A stretch of DNA of 64,000 bases from Xanthobacteraceae bacterium. GTDB taxonomy: Bacteria; Pseudomonadota; Alphaproteobacteria; Rhizobiales; Xanthobacteraceae. The DNA lies in contig DASXAP010000165.1 of NCBI GenBank assembly GCA_036406655.1, forward strand, positions 1,365 through 65,364, read 5' to 3'. Below are positions 1 to 7,947 of this stretch, piece after piece. Made by a program: the position numbers and the translations under genes. Position 1 is the first letter of the stretch. Every line of letters starts with the position of its first letter. Below the pieces are notes generated by a model that saw nothing but the letters and a program-made list of their open reading frames with translations, had not been told where the DNA came from and ran no database searches.

Positions 1-506
1 AGGGCATCCCCGAGACCGAGCGCGCATGGCTCGCCGGTCTGATGGCTCGTGACAGCGGTCCCCTGCAGTCGGATCTGCGCATGGCCTGTCGCATGCTGGC
101 GCACAACAGGCTCGGCCCGATCCGCGAGCAGCGGACGCTCGAGGAAGCGCTGTCGGAATACGAACGCATCGAGCGCGAGGACGTCCCGGCGATGCGGCTG
201 CACCAAAGGGCCCGCGACTCCGCGCAGGCGCTGAGCGAGGAGCTGGAAAGCGCGCTTTCCGTGCGCAACCTCGCGCTGCTCGGCCGGCTTCTCGCGCATG
301 CCGCGCTCGAGCGCAGGGAAAGCCGCGGCGCGCATTTTCGCCTGGATTTTCCCGAAACCGACGACGTGCACTGGCGCGTGGTCACCCGCCTGCAATCCGG
401 TCGCGACGGCGCGATCGAATTTCACACCGATCCGGCAAAGGAATGGCCGGATGAGGCGCGGGGCGGCGCGGCATCGCCCGAGCGGGCGTCCGCTTCCGCG
501 CGTTGA
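1..506 (+). CDS. C-terminal fragment of an FAD flavoprotein of the L-aspartate oxidase / succinate dehydrogenase-fumarate reductase family (5' end outside the window)
   Basis: Frame 3 is open from base 3. The translation contains ERRESRGAHFRLDFPETDD, matching the conserved ESRG-x-H-x-R-x-D-(F/Y)-P C-terminal motif of this family. Stop at 504-506. Confidence 0.6.
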   Translation, partial: GIPETERAWLAGLMARDSGPLQSDLRMACRMLAHNRLGPIREQRTLEEALSEYERIEREDVPAMRLHQRARDSAQALSEELESALSVRNLALLGRLLAHAALERRESRGAHFRLDFPETDDVHWRVVTRLQSGRDGAIEFHTDPAKEWPDEARGGAASPERASASAR

Positions 507-555
507 CCCGCGGCAGGCCGGATGAAGCAGTGCCCAGGATGGGCCAAGGGCTCCT

Positions 556-584
556 TTGACATCAGATGTTGACTCGCATAGCAT
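556..584 (+). promoter_or_regulatory. Putative sigma70-type promoter for vapBC (TTGACA-17 nt-TAGCAT), implying a leaderless or near-leaderless vapB mRNA
   Basis: TTGACA at 556-561, a 17-nt spacer, and TAGCAT at 579-584. The vapB ATG at 593 lies about 8 nt after the -10 element and has no SD. Confidence 0.3.
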
Positions 585-592
585 CAATCATC

Positions 593-829
593 ATGCGGAC
601 GACGATCGACATTGCTGATCCCATTCTCAAAGAGGTCAAGGCCATCCACGAGAGGGAAGGCCGCTCCTTGGGCGTCATCGTCTCTGAGCTGCTTGCCGAG
701 GCGCTCGCCCGTCGTCGCCCATCATCCGGCAGGAGATCGTTCCGCTGGACCTCTCGACCTATGAAGTCCCGCATCGATCTGATGGACAAGGAGGCCGTGC
801 ACCTGGCTCTGGATGCGGAGCGATCGTGA
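593..829 (+). CDS. vapB: Type II antitoxin, VapB-like
   Basis: Small protein beginning MRTTIDIADPILKEVKAIHEREGRSLGVIVSELL, typical of antitoxins paired with PIN toxins. Its TGA overlaps the GTG of the downstream PIN gene (GTGA at 826-829). Start taken at the internal ATG 593 of ORF 566..829. Confidence 0.7.
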   Translation: MRTTIDIADPILKEVKAIHEREGRSLGVIVSELLAEALARRRPSSGRRSFRWTSRPMKSRIDLMDKEAVHLALDAERS

Positions 830-1260
830 GCTACTCCCTCGACGTGAATGTGCTCCTCTACGCGTCGGATCGGTCCAGCGCCCGTCACGCTCGCGCCCGT
901 CGCTTTATCGAATCTTGCGCCGCAGGCCCGGAAATAATGTGCCTGGCCTGGCCGACGCTGATGTCATATCTACGCATTGCTACACATCCGCGCATCTTCT
1001 CCGCCCCGCTGTCTGCGGATGAAGCGCTCGGCAACGTCTCGGCGCTGATCGAGCTGCCGCACGCGCGTGCGGTGTCTGAGCTGGACGGCTTCATGGAAGC
1101 CTACAGGCACGTTGCCGGCGACACTCCCGTCCGGGGAAACCTCGTGCCCGACGCGCACGTGGCAGCCATCCTGCTTCAGCACGGCGTCCGCACGCTTTAC
1201 TCCAATGACCGCGATTTCCGCAGATTCCGGTCGCTCGACGTGCGAGACCCCTTCTCCTGA
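826..1260 (+). CDS. vapC: PIN-domain ribonuclease toxin, VapC family
   Basis: 144 aa, with LDVNVLLYA near the N-terminus and SNDRDFRRF near the C-terminus, which is the acidic-residue layout of PIN domains. 4-nt overlap with vapB. Confidence 0.85.
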   Translation: MSYSLDVNVLLYASDRSSARHARARRFIESCAAGPEIMCLAWPTLMSYLRIATHPRIFSAPLSADEALGNVSALIELPHARAVSELDGFMEAYRHVAGDTPVRGNLVPDAHVAAILLQHGVRTLYSNDRDFRRFRSLDVRDPFS

Positions 1261-1319
1261 CGATCCTCCCGTCGAATCGGATCCTTGCATCCGCAGCCGC
1301 GCGAGCTCACCGGCGGTCG

Positions 1320-1440
1320 CCAGCCGTAGGGTGGGTTGAGGCGCGGGAGGGACGCTGCGTTTCTTGCTCGCATGTTGCGCGCCGAAACCCACCAGTCGTT
1401 TGCCGCGATGCTCATGGTGGGTCCGGCGCGCGACGAGAGC
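1320..1440. repeat. Intergenic REP-like element built on GGTGGGT / ACCCACC cores
   Basis: GTAGGGTGGGTT at 1326-1337, its complement AAACCCACC at 1385-1393, and a third core GGTGGGTC at 1417-1424. It lies between convergent vapC and the Bug gene and resembles the (C)CCACC...GGTGGG(C) intergenic elements common in Bradyrhizobiaceae (from memory). Confidence 0.4.
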
Positions 1441-1517
1441 ACCCGCGAGGTGGCAGGTCATGCATGGTGCGCCTCGACCCGCCATGCGAACAACCCGGCC
1501 TCGACGAATTCTATCTG

Positions 1518-2489
1518 CTATTCCGGCTGGATCTTGCCCTCGAGGATGACCGTCCGCCACTTGTCGAACTCGGCGCTGGTGAAGGCGGCGCCCTGCTCGG
1601 GCGTGGTCCCGCGCGGCTCGACCCCGATCTTGGCGAAGGCTGCCTTCAGCTCGGGATGCTGCAGCACCTTGTTGATCTCGCTGCTGAGCTTCCCCAGCAC
1701 CGCCGGCGGCATGCCGGCGGGCGCATAGATACCGATCCAGAGGTCGACGTCGAAGCCGGGCAGCGTCTCCGCCACCGTCGGCACGTCGGAATAGACCGGG
1801 CTGCGCTTGGATCCGGTGGTGGCGAGCGGCCGCACCCGGTTGTCGCTGGTGAACGGCACCGCCCCGGCAATGCTGGAGAAAGCGAGCTGCACCTTCCCGC
1901 TCAGCACGTCCGGGTAGGCGGCGCCGATGCCGCGATAGGGCACATGGGTCATCTCGATCCCGGCGCGCAGCTTGATCATCTCGCCGGCGAGATGCGGGGC
2001 GGTGCCGATGCCGGCAGAGGCGAAGTTGAGCTTGCCCGGATTGGCCTTGGCGTAGGTGATGAGCTCGGGGAAGCTCTTCACCGGCAGGGCGAGCGAGGCG
2101 ACGATCACTGCCGGCGAGGAGCCGACGATCGATACCGCCTGCAGCTTGGAAAGCTCGTAGGGAACGTCCTTCTGCAGGGTGGGGTTCGACACCAGCCCCG
2201 GATCGGTCAGCAGGATCGTGTAGCCGTCGGCTGCCGAACGGGCGACCACATCGGCGCCCACCATGCCGCCGGCACCCGGCCGGTTCTCCGCCACCACCGA
2301 CTGGCCCAGGCTCTCGCTCAGCCGCAGCGCGATATTGCGGCCGGCGGTATCGATGATGCCGCCGGGAATATAGGGAAGGATGAGGTGGATCGGCTTGCCG
2401 GGAAAGCTCTGGCCGGAAGCCGCGAGCGTCGTGGCGGCCAGCAGCGCCGCCCCGATGACGGTGCGGGCGATCGACGAAGACGGGTTCAT
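1518..2489 (-). CDS. Tripartite tricarboxylate transporter (TTT) substrate-binding protein, Bug/TctC family
   Basis: MNPSSSIARTVIGAALLAATTLAASGQSFPGKPIHLILPYIPGG is a signal peptide followed by the Bug-family N-terminal motif. The ATG at 2489 is preceded by GGAGGAAA. The upstream part of ORF 1518..2684 was discarded. Confidence 0.85.
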   Translation of the reverse strand: MNPSSSIARTVIGAALLAATTLAASGQSFPGKPIHLILPYIPGGIIDTAGRNIALRLSESLGQSVVAENRPGAGGMVGADVVARSAADGYTILLTDPGLVSNPTLQKDVPYELSKLQAVSIVGSSPAVIVASLALPVKSFPELITYAKANPGKLNFASAGIGTAPHLAGEMIKLRAGIEMTHVPYRGIGAAYPDVLSGKVQLAFSSIAGAVPFTSDNRVRPLATTGSKRSPVYSDVPTVAETLPGFDVDLWIGIYAPAGMPPAVLGKLSSEINKVLQHPELKAAFAKIGVEPRGTTPEQGAAFTSAEFDKWRTVILEGKIQPE

Positions 2490-2738
2490 TTTTCCTCCTG
2501 TTCGTCCCGCAGCAGGTGGCGCACTTGAACGGCCGGCGAAATGAGGGTCCCGAATTTCGCGCACCGGGCACAGAGGCTCGCATCCCGATCCGCGAGCTCG
2601 GATGATGCCATGAGACAGGCATCGCCAGGTGCGGTCAAGGATCGGGAGAGGCGCCGCATGAAGGTGCGCTGGCGCATCGACCATGCGCGCGCCCCCGCGC
2701 CCCTCGAGGAGCGGCAGCGATAAGCCTCGCCGGAGCTC

Positions 2739-3287
2739 TCACTCCTGAGCGGCTTGCTCGCTACTTACCGCGTCGAGATCGGGTGCGCCGGCGGGTGCCT
2801 GAACCGGTGCCTCGCCGGGATCGGCGGGCGCCGCCCGATCGGCCGTGGCCTCCGGCAGGTCCGTGGTTGGCTCGGGAATGGCTGCCGTCACGGCCGGCGC
2901 GGTGAGTGCGAGGCTCCGCTTCGGCGGAGTCGGGACGGCGCTGAGCCAGAGGAAGGTCGCCGCCAGCAGTGCCGCCGTGCTGAGCGCGGCCCCGAGCCAG
3001 CCCCCTTGACGGCTCGACGCTGTCGTCGCGGCGTCCGCCGGTGGTGCTCCCCGCGCGCGCGCGCCGTCCGGATCGAGCAGCGGCGAGAAGCGGCGTTCGA
3101 ACTCTTCGACGGCTTCCGGCACGTCGGCGGCACGGACGGCGTCGAACACATCCGTGTAGTACTTCACCCCGTTCGAGCCGTTGGCGAAATCCTCGGTGTG
3201 GCGCTGCTCGAGCACACGGAAGACGCAGTCGCGCATTTGCTTGCCTTGACGCAGCGCCTGGATGAAATCCTCGCGATATTCGCTCAC
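2739..3287 (-). CDS. Hypothetical protein with one predicted TM segment and a Pro/Ala-rich C-terminal tail
   Basis: GTG at 3287 sits 5 nt after a GGAGG. The N-terminal about 90 aa are soluble-looking (VSEYREDFIQALRQGKQMRDCVF...), followed by WLGAALSTAALLAATFLWLSAV and a P/A-rich tail. No family recognised. Confidence 0.4.
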   Translation of the reverse strand: MSEYREDFIQALRQGKQMRDCVFRVLEQRHTEDFANGSNGVKYYTDVFDAVRAADVPEAVEEFERRFSPLLDPDGARARGAPPADAATTASSRQGGWLGAALSTAALLAATFLWLSAVPTPPKRSLALTAPAVTAAIPEPTTDLPEATADRAAPADPGEAPVQAPAGAPDLDAVSSEQAAQE

Positions 3288-3673
3288 GCTCGCCTCCCCG
3301 GCAGCTCCGTTCAGGAGCCTCACTCCCGCGAGCCGCGAAAAGATGGCGAGCCGAGATACCGGAAGTGCAATTCCGCGGCTGAGCGTCAAAAAGAAAAATG
3401 GTGTGGCAAATCTGCCACGCATTTCTGGAAGGGTAAGCGGCGGGATAGCGAGCCTATTCCGGCAAGCCGAGCCGCGCGCAATGCGGTGCCTATCGTTGCC
3501 CGATGACGTGATTCGCCCGCCCCTGCAGTGTGGCACGAAGGTACCAAGCAACAGATTGGAAGGTATCATCTGGACGGCGCCGCCCGAATCTCGGGAGCTG
3601 TGGCAATCGGACGACAGCTTCGGCAGCCCAGTTGGGCTAGAGTAAGCCGGTCGAGCGCACAAAAGGGGGTGTC

Positions 3674-4450
3674 ATGAAGAAGGTCTTGCTCGCAACTCTT
3701 GCTTTCGCCGCGCTCGCGGCTGCTCCGGCGGCCGCCGCCGATCTGCGTGTGCCGGCACGCAGGCCGCCGCCGCCACCCGTCTACGTGTTCAGCTGGACCG
3801 GCTGCTACATCGGCGGAAACGTCGGCGGTCTCTGGGTGCAGAAGGATTTCAATATTCTTCCCAGCTTCGGTCCCGACCCGTTCTTCGCCGAATCGTTCAG
3901 CGCGAATGCCAGCAGCGTGGCAGGCGGCCTGCAGGCCGGCTGCAATTACCAGTTTGCCGGCGGATGGGTGCTCGGCATCCAGGGCGATTACGACTGGACC
4001 GATGCGCATCTCGACCGGGCCGGCGCGGTCTTCGCGAGCTTCACCGACAGCTTCTCGGTCAAGTCGGTGGCCTCGGTGACGGGGCGTGTCGGCTATGCCT
4101 GGGGCGGCTTCCTCGGCTACGTCAAGGGCGGCGCCGCCTGGGAGCGCGATGACCTGAACTTCAGCTTCATTCCGACCGGCGCCGTCGCCACCCTGAGCAA
4201 CACGCGCAGCGGCTGGACCGTGGGGATCGGCGGCGAATACGCGTTCACCAACTGGGTCACCGGCTTCGTCGAGTACGACTATTACGATTTCGGCACCAAC
4301 CGCGACAACCTCGTCTGCGGGCTGGTGGCCTGCTTCGGCAACACCTTCGGCTTCCCGGTCGAGGTCAGGGAAACCAAGAGCGTCTTCAAGGTGGGCCTGA
4401 ACCTGCTGTGGGGCATGGGTGCGGGACCCGCGATCGGCCCCAGGTATTAG
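3674..4450 (+). CDS. Outer-membrane beta-barrel protein, Omp25/Omp31/RopB-like porin family
   Basis: Signal peptide MKKVLLATLAFAALAAAPAAAADL, alternating aromatic/Gly beta-strand pattern, and a C-terminal aromatic residue (..GPRY). SD GGGGG lies upstream of the ATG. Confidence 0.85.
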   Translation: MKKVLLATLAFAALAAAPAAAADLRVPARRPPPPPVYVFSWTGCYIGGNVGGLWVQKDFNILPSFGPDPFFAESFSANASSVAGGLQAGCNYQFAGGWVLGIQGDYDWTDAHLDRAGAVFASFTDSFSVKSVASVTGRVGYAWGGFLGYVKGGAAWERDDLNFSFIPTGAVATLSNTRSGWTVGIGGEYAFTNWVTGFVEYDYYDFGTNRDNLVCGLVACFGNTFGFPVEVRETKSVFKVGLNLLWGMGAGPAIGPRY

Positions 4451-4533
4451 AGCTGGTGCGAGTCACGTCCGCATCAGCAGGGCATTTGTTGTCCGCGCAT
4501 CCCGCCGACGACGCCACGCTGGCTCACGATCGG

Positions 4534-4568
4534 CATGGCCGGGACTCGGGTCTCCCCGCCCGGCCATG
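4534..4568. repeat. Palindromic hairpin CATGGCCGGG-N15-CCCGGCCATG, the short member of the intergenic ATGGCCGG repeat family
   Basis: Perfect 10-bp arms at 4534-4543 and 4559-4568, followed by ATGACA as in the copies at 59.7 kb and 62.9 kb. Lies between convergent genes. Confidence 0.5.
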
Positions 4569-4653
4569 ACAAGGCTCTGATCGGGTTCGATCGCACCGAG
4601 CCCGGACGCGGCACGGGCCGCCCGGCTCCGGCACGATCGTCAGGCGTGTTGCC

Positions 4654-4848
4654 CTACCCACGCTGGCGCCTGCGCAGCGAACGGATCCACCAGCGCATGG
4701 CGAAATACCAGATGATCCCCGCCACGACGCCGCTGACCGACAGAATGACGACGTTCGCGGCCTCGGTTCCGGTCCACCAGATCATGCCTACCGTCCACAG
4801 CACCGCGAAGGTGACCGAACCGAGCACCAGTCTGGATTGAGCGGTCAT
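4654..4848 (-). CDS. Small (64 aa) two-TM membrane protein, hypothetical
   Basis: MTAQSRLVLGSVTFAVLWTVGMIWWTGTEAANVVILSVSGVVAGIIWYFAMRWWIRSLRRRQRG. The ATG at 4848 is preceded by AGGAG. Two hydrophobic helices and a basic tail. Confidence 0.45.
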   Translation of the reverse strand: MTAQSRLVLGSVTFAVLWTVGMIWWTGTEAANVVILSVSGVVAGIIWYFAMRWWIRSLRRRQRG

Positions 4849-5010
4849 CCTGCTTCTCCTCGCTGACCTGGGCCGCCGGGCCCACCACAACAGCGAGGGA
4901 CTCTGCGGTGGCCGATCAGCCGAAACAGCTATTCGCCGGCATCGGCAGACGCGCCCGATCATGCGGGTCGCATCGGCGTTGCGCCAAGCGGGTTGTTGCC
5001 GCCCTGCTGG

Positions 5011-6015
5011 TCAGTCGGTCCGCAGAATCTCCGCCACCTCGACCCTGCGGCCCTCGCGGGCCGAGAGGATGCCCGCACGCACGACCGCAAGCGAGGTCGT
5101 GGCATAGTCACCGCCCACTTCCGGCGCGCCATGGCCGCGAATGGCCGCGGCGAACTCCTCGAGCTCCTCGACGAAGGTGTCGCTCTTCGTCGTCGCCACC
5201 GGCACCGGCCTTGCTTCGCCGCGCCTGATGAGGCGCAGCCCGTTGTGCAGATCGTAGCAGGCCGTGGCCTCCTTGCCGTAGATGTTCATCAGGTAGTATT
5301 CGGAGGCCGATGCATAGCTGGCGTTGAGCGTCGAGAGCGCGCCGCTCTCGTGCTCGAGGATCATGCTCGCCACGTCGGGATTGTCGCCGGGTAGCACCAG
5401 CTGGGCGGACTGGCCGCGCACCGCCCGGATCGGTCCCATGAGGTAGCTCAGCACGTCGGTGTAGTGGATGCCGACCTGCAGCATCACCCCGCCCGGCATG
5501 CCGGCAGCTTGGTAGCGCCAGGAGCCGAGATCGATCTTGCCGAGACGGTCGCGGCTGATGTTTGCCTCGGCGTTGATCAGCCGGCCGAAGGCGCCGGCGT
5601 CGATCTGCCGGCGGATCCAGCGGAAGTGGCTCTCGCGCCGGCGCTGGTAGCCCATGGCCAGCACCACGCCGGCGCTGCGGCAGGCATCGGTGATGGCGCG
5701 GCCGTCGGACACGTGGTTGGCGATCGGCTTGTCGAGGAAGACATGCTTGCCAGCCGCTGCTGCCGCGCGCGTGGTCGGCAGGTGCGCATCATTGGGGGTG
5801 GTGTTGACGATGGCCTCGACTGCGGGATCGGCGAGTATCGCCTCGTAGCTCGCGGCCGCCCGACAGCCGTATTTGCTCGCGAAGGCCGTGCGCTTGTCCG
5901 CGGAGCGGGTGAAGCACGCCACGATCTCGAGCTTGCCCGAGCGCTTGATCGCATCGGCGAGCACGTCCGACCACCATCCCATGCCGATGCAGGCCACGCG
6001 GACTGGCTCGGGCAT
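5011..6015 (-). CDS. Gfo/Idh/MocA family NAD(P)-dependent oxidoreductase
   Basis: MPEPVRVACIGMGWWSDVLADAIK is an N-terminal Rossmann GxGxxG-like motif, and the overall layout fits the family. Start trimmed to ATG 6015, immediately after the upstream gene's stop. Confidence 0.85.
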   Translation of the reverse strand: MPEPVRVACIGMGWWSDVLADAIKRSGKLEIVACFTRSADKRTAFASKYGCRAAASYEAILADPAVEAIVNTTPNDAHLPTTRAAAAAGKHVFLDKPIANHVSDGRAITDACRSAGVVLAMGYQRRRESHFRWIRRQIDAGAFGRLINAEANISRDRLGKIDLGSWRYQAAGMPGGVMLQVGIHYTDVLSYLMGPIRAVRGQSAQLVLPGDNPDVASMILEHESGALSTLNASYASASEYYLMNIYGKEATACYDLHNGLRLIRRGEARPVPVATTKSDTFVEELEEFAAAIRGHGAPEVGGDYATTSLAVVRAGILSAREGRRVEVAEILRTD

Positions 6016-6016
6016 G

Positions 6017-6457
6017 CTATTTCCAGCTCGCGCCGATCGACTCGACCGCCGCCTGGGCGATGCGCAGGTCGGTCTGCCAGTCGCCGCCGCTGACGCCGAC
6101 CCCGCCGAGGCACTCGCCGTCGACGAGCACCGGCACCCCGCCTTCCATCGCGGTCCAGCGCTCGGGTCCGGCAGCGAGCGCAAGCCCCAGCGCGTGCGTC
6201 ATGTCGAGGTCCTGCCCCACCGCGCCCTTGGCGGTGGTGGCGCGCCGGTTGGATGCGGCGCATACCGCCTTGGTCGTGCACGAATGCAGGGTGTGGAAAC
6301 GCCCGCCGTCCATCCGCTCGAGCACGACGACGTGGCCGCCGGCGTCTGTGATACAGCAGGAGATCGCGATCCCCGCCTTCCGCGCCTCCTCGACCGCGGT
6401 GGCCGCTATCTTCTTCGCGCCCGCATAGGTCAACCGCTTGGTCTCGGCGATGTACAT
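6017..6457 (-). CDS. GlcG/HbpS-like (DUF336) haem-binding/degrading family protein
   Basis: 146 aa, with ...AISCCITDAGGHVVVLERMDG...EGGVPVLVDGECLGGVGVSGG..., the characteristic GG(V/I)P and GAIGVSG-type motifs. Apparently co-transcribed with the oxidoreductase. Confidence 0.8.
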   Translation of the reverse strand: MYIAETKRLTYAGAKKIAATAVEEARKAGIAISCCITDAGGHVVVLERMDGGRFHTLHSCTTKAVCAASNRRATTAKGAVGQDLDMTHALGLALAAGPERWTAMEGGVPVLVDGECLGGVGVSGGDWQTDLRIAQAAVESIGASWK

Positions 6458-6527
6458 GACCGCATTTCCGGAGGTGGCAGGCGAAGAATTGTGCGTTAGA
6501 GCGGGGCGGGCAGCAAGGGCCGACGGC

Positions 6528-6758
6528 TCAGTGGCAATAGGGGCCGATCGGGCCGCCCTGAGGACCGTAGATGAAAGTGTTGCTCCCGCAGGTCCGCGGA
6601 TAGCCGAGAACGCGGCCGTCGAGCGAAGGCGCTTCCGTGCTGACTGCCGCTCCCGATTGCGGGCGGCTTTGTCGCTTGGCGGCATCGGCCGCCCGCAGCG
6701 AAAGCGCGGTCGGCACGACGATCGTCAAGGTCACGGCGGCAATCGTTTTCCGGAGCAT
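6528..6758 (-). CDS. Small secreted protein (about 76 aa), hypothetical
   Basis: MLRKTIAAVTLTIVVPTALSLRAADA signal peptide. The mature part has two Cys (..RTCGSNTFIYGPQGGPIGPYCH). GC3 is genome-typical. No clear SD. Confidence 0.4.
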   Translation of the reverse strand: MLRKTIAAVTLTIVVPTALSLRAADAAKRQSRPQSGAAVSTEAPSLDGRVLGYPRTCGSNTFIYGPQGGPIGPYCH

Positions 6759-6936
6759 GGCAGTCAACGAAAAAGCTCTTTCCCGGGGACGGCAAAATCG
6801 CCTGCCGCAACATTGCCGGCGAAGCGGACACGGCGCTAGACGGCTTTGCCGGGCCGACCGTCGTGCTCCCGGATTCGCCGTCGTGCCTTGCCTGCGCGCT
6901 GGCGGATCGGAGCTGCCGCCAAGGCGGGCTTGCGCT

Positions 6937-7794
6937 CTACTCCGCCGCCTCCCGCAGCGGGCGCGGATGGATCAGGTCGTAGAGCTCGGGCCGCTGCCAC
7001 TGCGGGCCAAGCAGACCCTGCTTGACCGCGCACTCCACCGAAGAGCCGACCTTATCGCGGGTCGCGCGCAGCCAGCGTACGCGCTCGAGACTCACGTCGA
7101 CCACGGTGGTCCCGGCGATCGTGCTCTCGAACAGGATCTCCTCGGGCCCGGCGACCATGGCGAGCCCGCGCTCGGAATGATCGAACAGGTTCTGCGTGGT
7201 CACCACGATCGCGAGATTCTCGATCGCGCGCGCCCAGATGAGCGCCCGCCAGGTCGCCCACAGCCTGTTCTTGTCCTTGCCCGCCGGCATGAAGATCAAT
7301 TCGGCGCCGCGCAGCGCGAGCGCGCGGGCGACCTCCGGCACGTAGACCTCGCTGCACATCGCCAAGCCCACCCGGCCGTGCACGGTGTCGAAAACCGGGA
7401 ACTCGTTGCCGGGCACCCACTGGAATTCCCAGGCCGTGCCGCCGGTGTAGATCCAGGGCCCGTTCGGATGCGTACGGCGGTAACGCGCCGGCTGGCGACC
7501 GTCGGGATAAGCCATGCAAATGAGGTTATGGGCGGTCGCCGCGCGCGCATCGATGGGGGCGATGGTGCCGAACACCACATGCGTGCTGTGCCTGGCCGCC
7601 GCCTCGACCATGGCAGGAGTCGGATCGAAGCTTGCCGGCATCCGCCACGGGCCGGGATAGGTCTCGGGGAAGCAGACGAAGTGTGCTCCCTCGCCGGCTG
7701 CGCGCTCGATCGCGCGCACGGCATCGGCGACATTGGCTTCGTCGGTGCCGGGGCGATGGCAGATCGGCTGCACGACTGCGATGCGGAACGTCAT
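6937..7794 (-). CDS. Carbon-nitrogen hydrolase (nitrilase superfamily) protein
   Basis: MTFRIAVVQPICHRPG...GAHFVCFPETYPGPW...GLAMCSEVYVPE shows the Glu / Lys / Cys catalytic-triad context typical of CN hydrolases. Confidence 0.85.
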   Translation of the reverse strand: MTFRIAVVQPICHRPGTDEANVADAVRAIERAAGEGAHFVCFPETYPGPWRMPASFDPTPAMVEAAARHSTHVVFGTIAPIDARAATAHNLICMAYPDGRQPARYRRTHPNGPWIYTGGTAWEFQWVPGNEFPVFDTVHGRVGLAMCSEVYVPEVARALALRGAELIFMPAGKDKNRLWATWRALIWARAIENLAIVVTTQNLFDHSERGLAMVAGPEEILFESTIAGTTVVDVSLERVRWLRATRDKVGSSVECAVKQGLLGPQWQRPELYDLIHPRPLREAAE

Positions 7795-7947
7795 GATGCT
7801 TGCTCCGTCCTTTGCCGCTCGTTCTCGGCTCCGTCATGCGCGGACGAGCCCCGGTGGTGCGAGGCTGCTTTGTCCGATCGGACTACGATTCGCTAAAGCG
7901 CTACGCGCGATCGCGCTGCTCGCCGCGATGGCGCTCGCGCTTTCCGC

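Noticed and set aside
970-2622. 550-aa minus-strand ORF spanning vapC, the repeat element and the Bug gene
   Set aside because: It overlaps two well-supported genes in other frames, and its translation is Arg/Pro/Gly low-complexity.
3531-3545. Sigma-54-like TGGCAC-N5-TACC upstream of the porin gene
   Set aside because: The -24 element is perfect, but the -12 element (TACC versus TTGC) is mismatched at two of four positions. No enhancer-binding-protein gene is nearby, so this is probably chance.
6637-7896. 419-aa plus-strand ORF
   Set aside because: Antisense to the nitrilase-family gene (clear CN-hydrolase motifs on the minus strand). Artefact.
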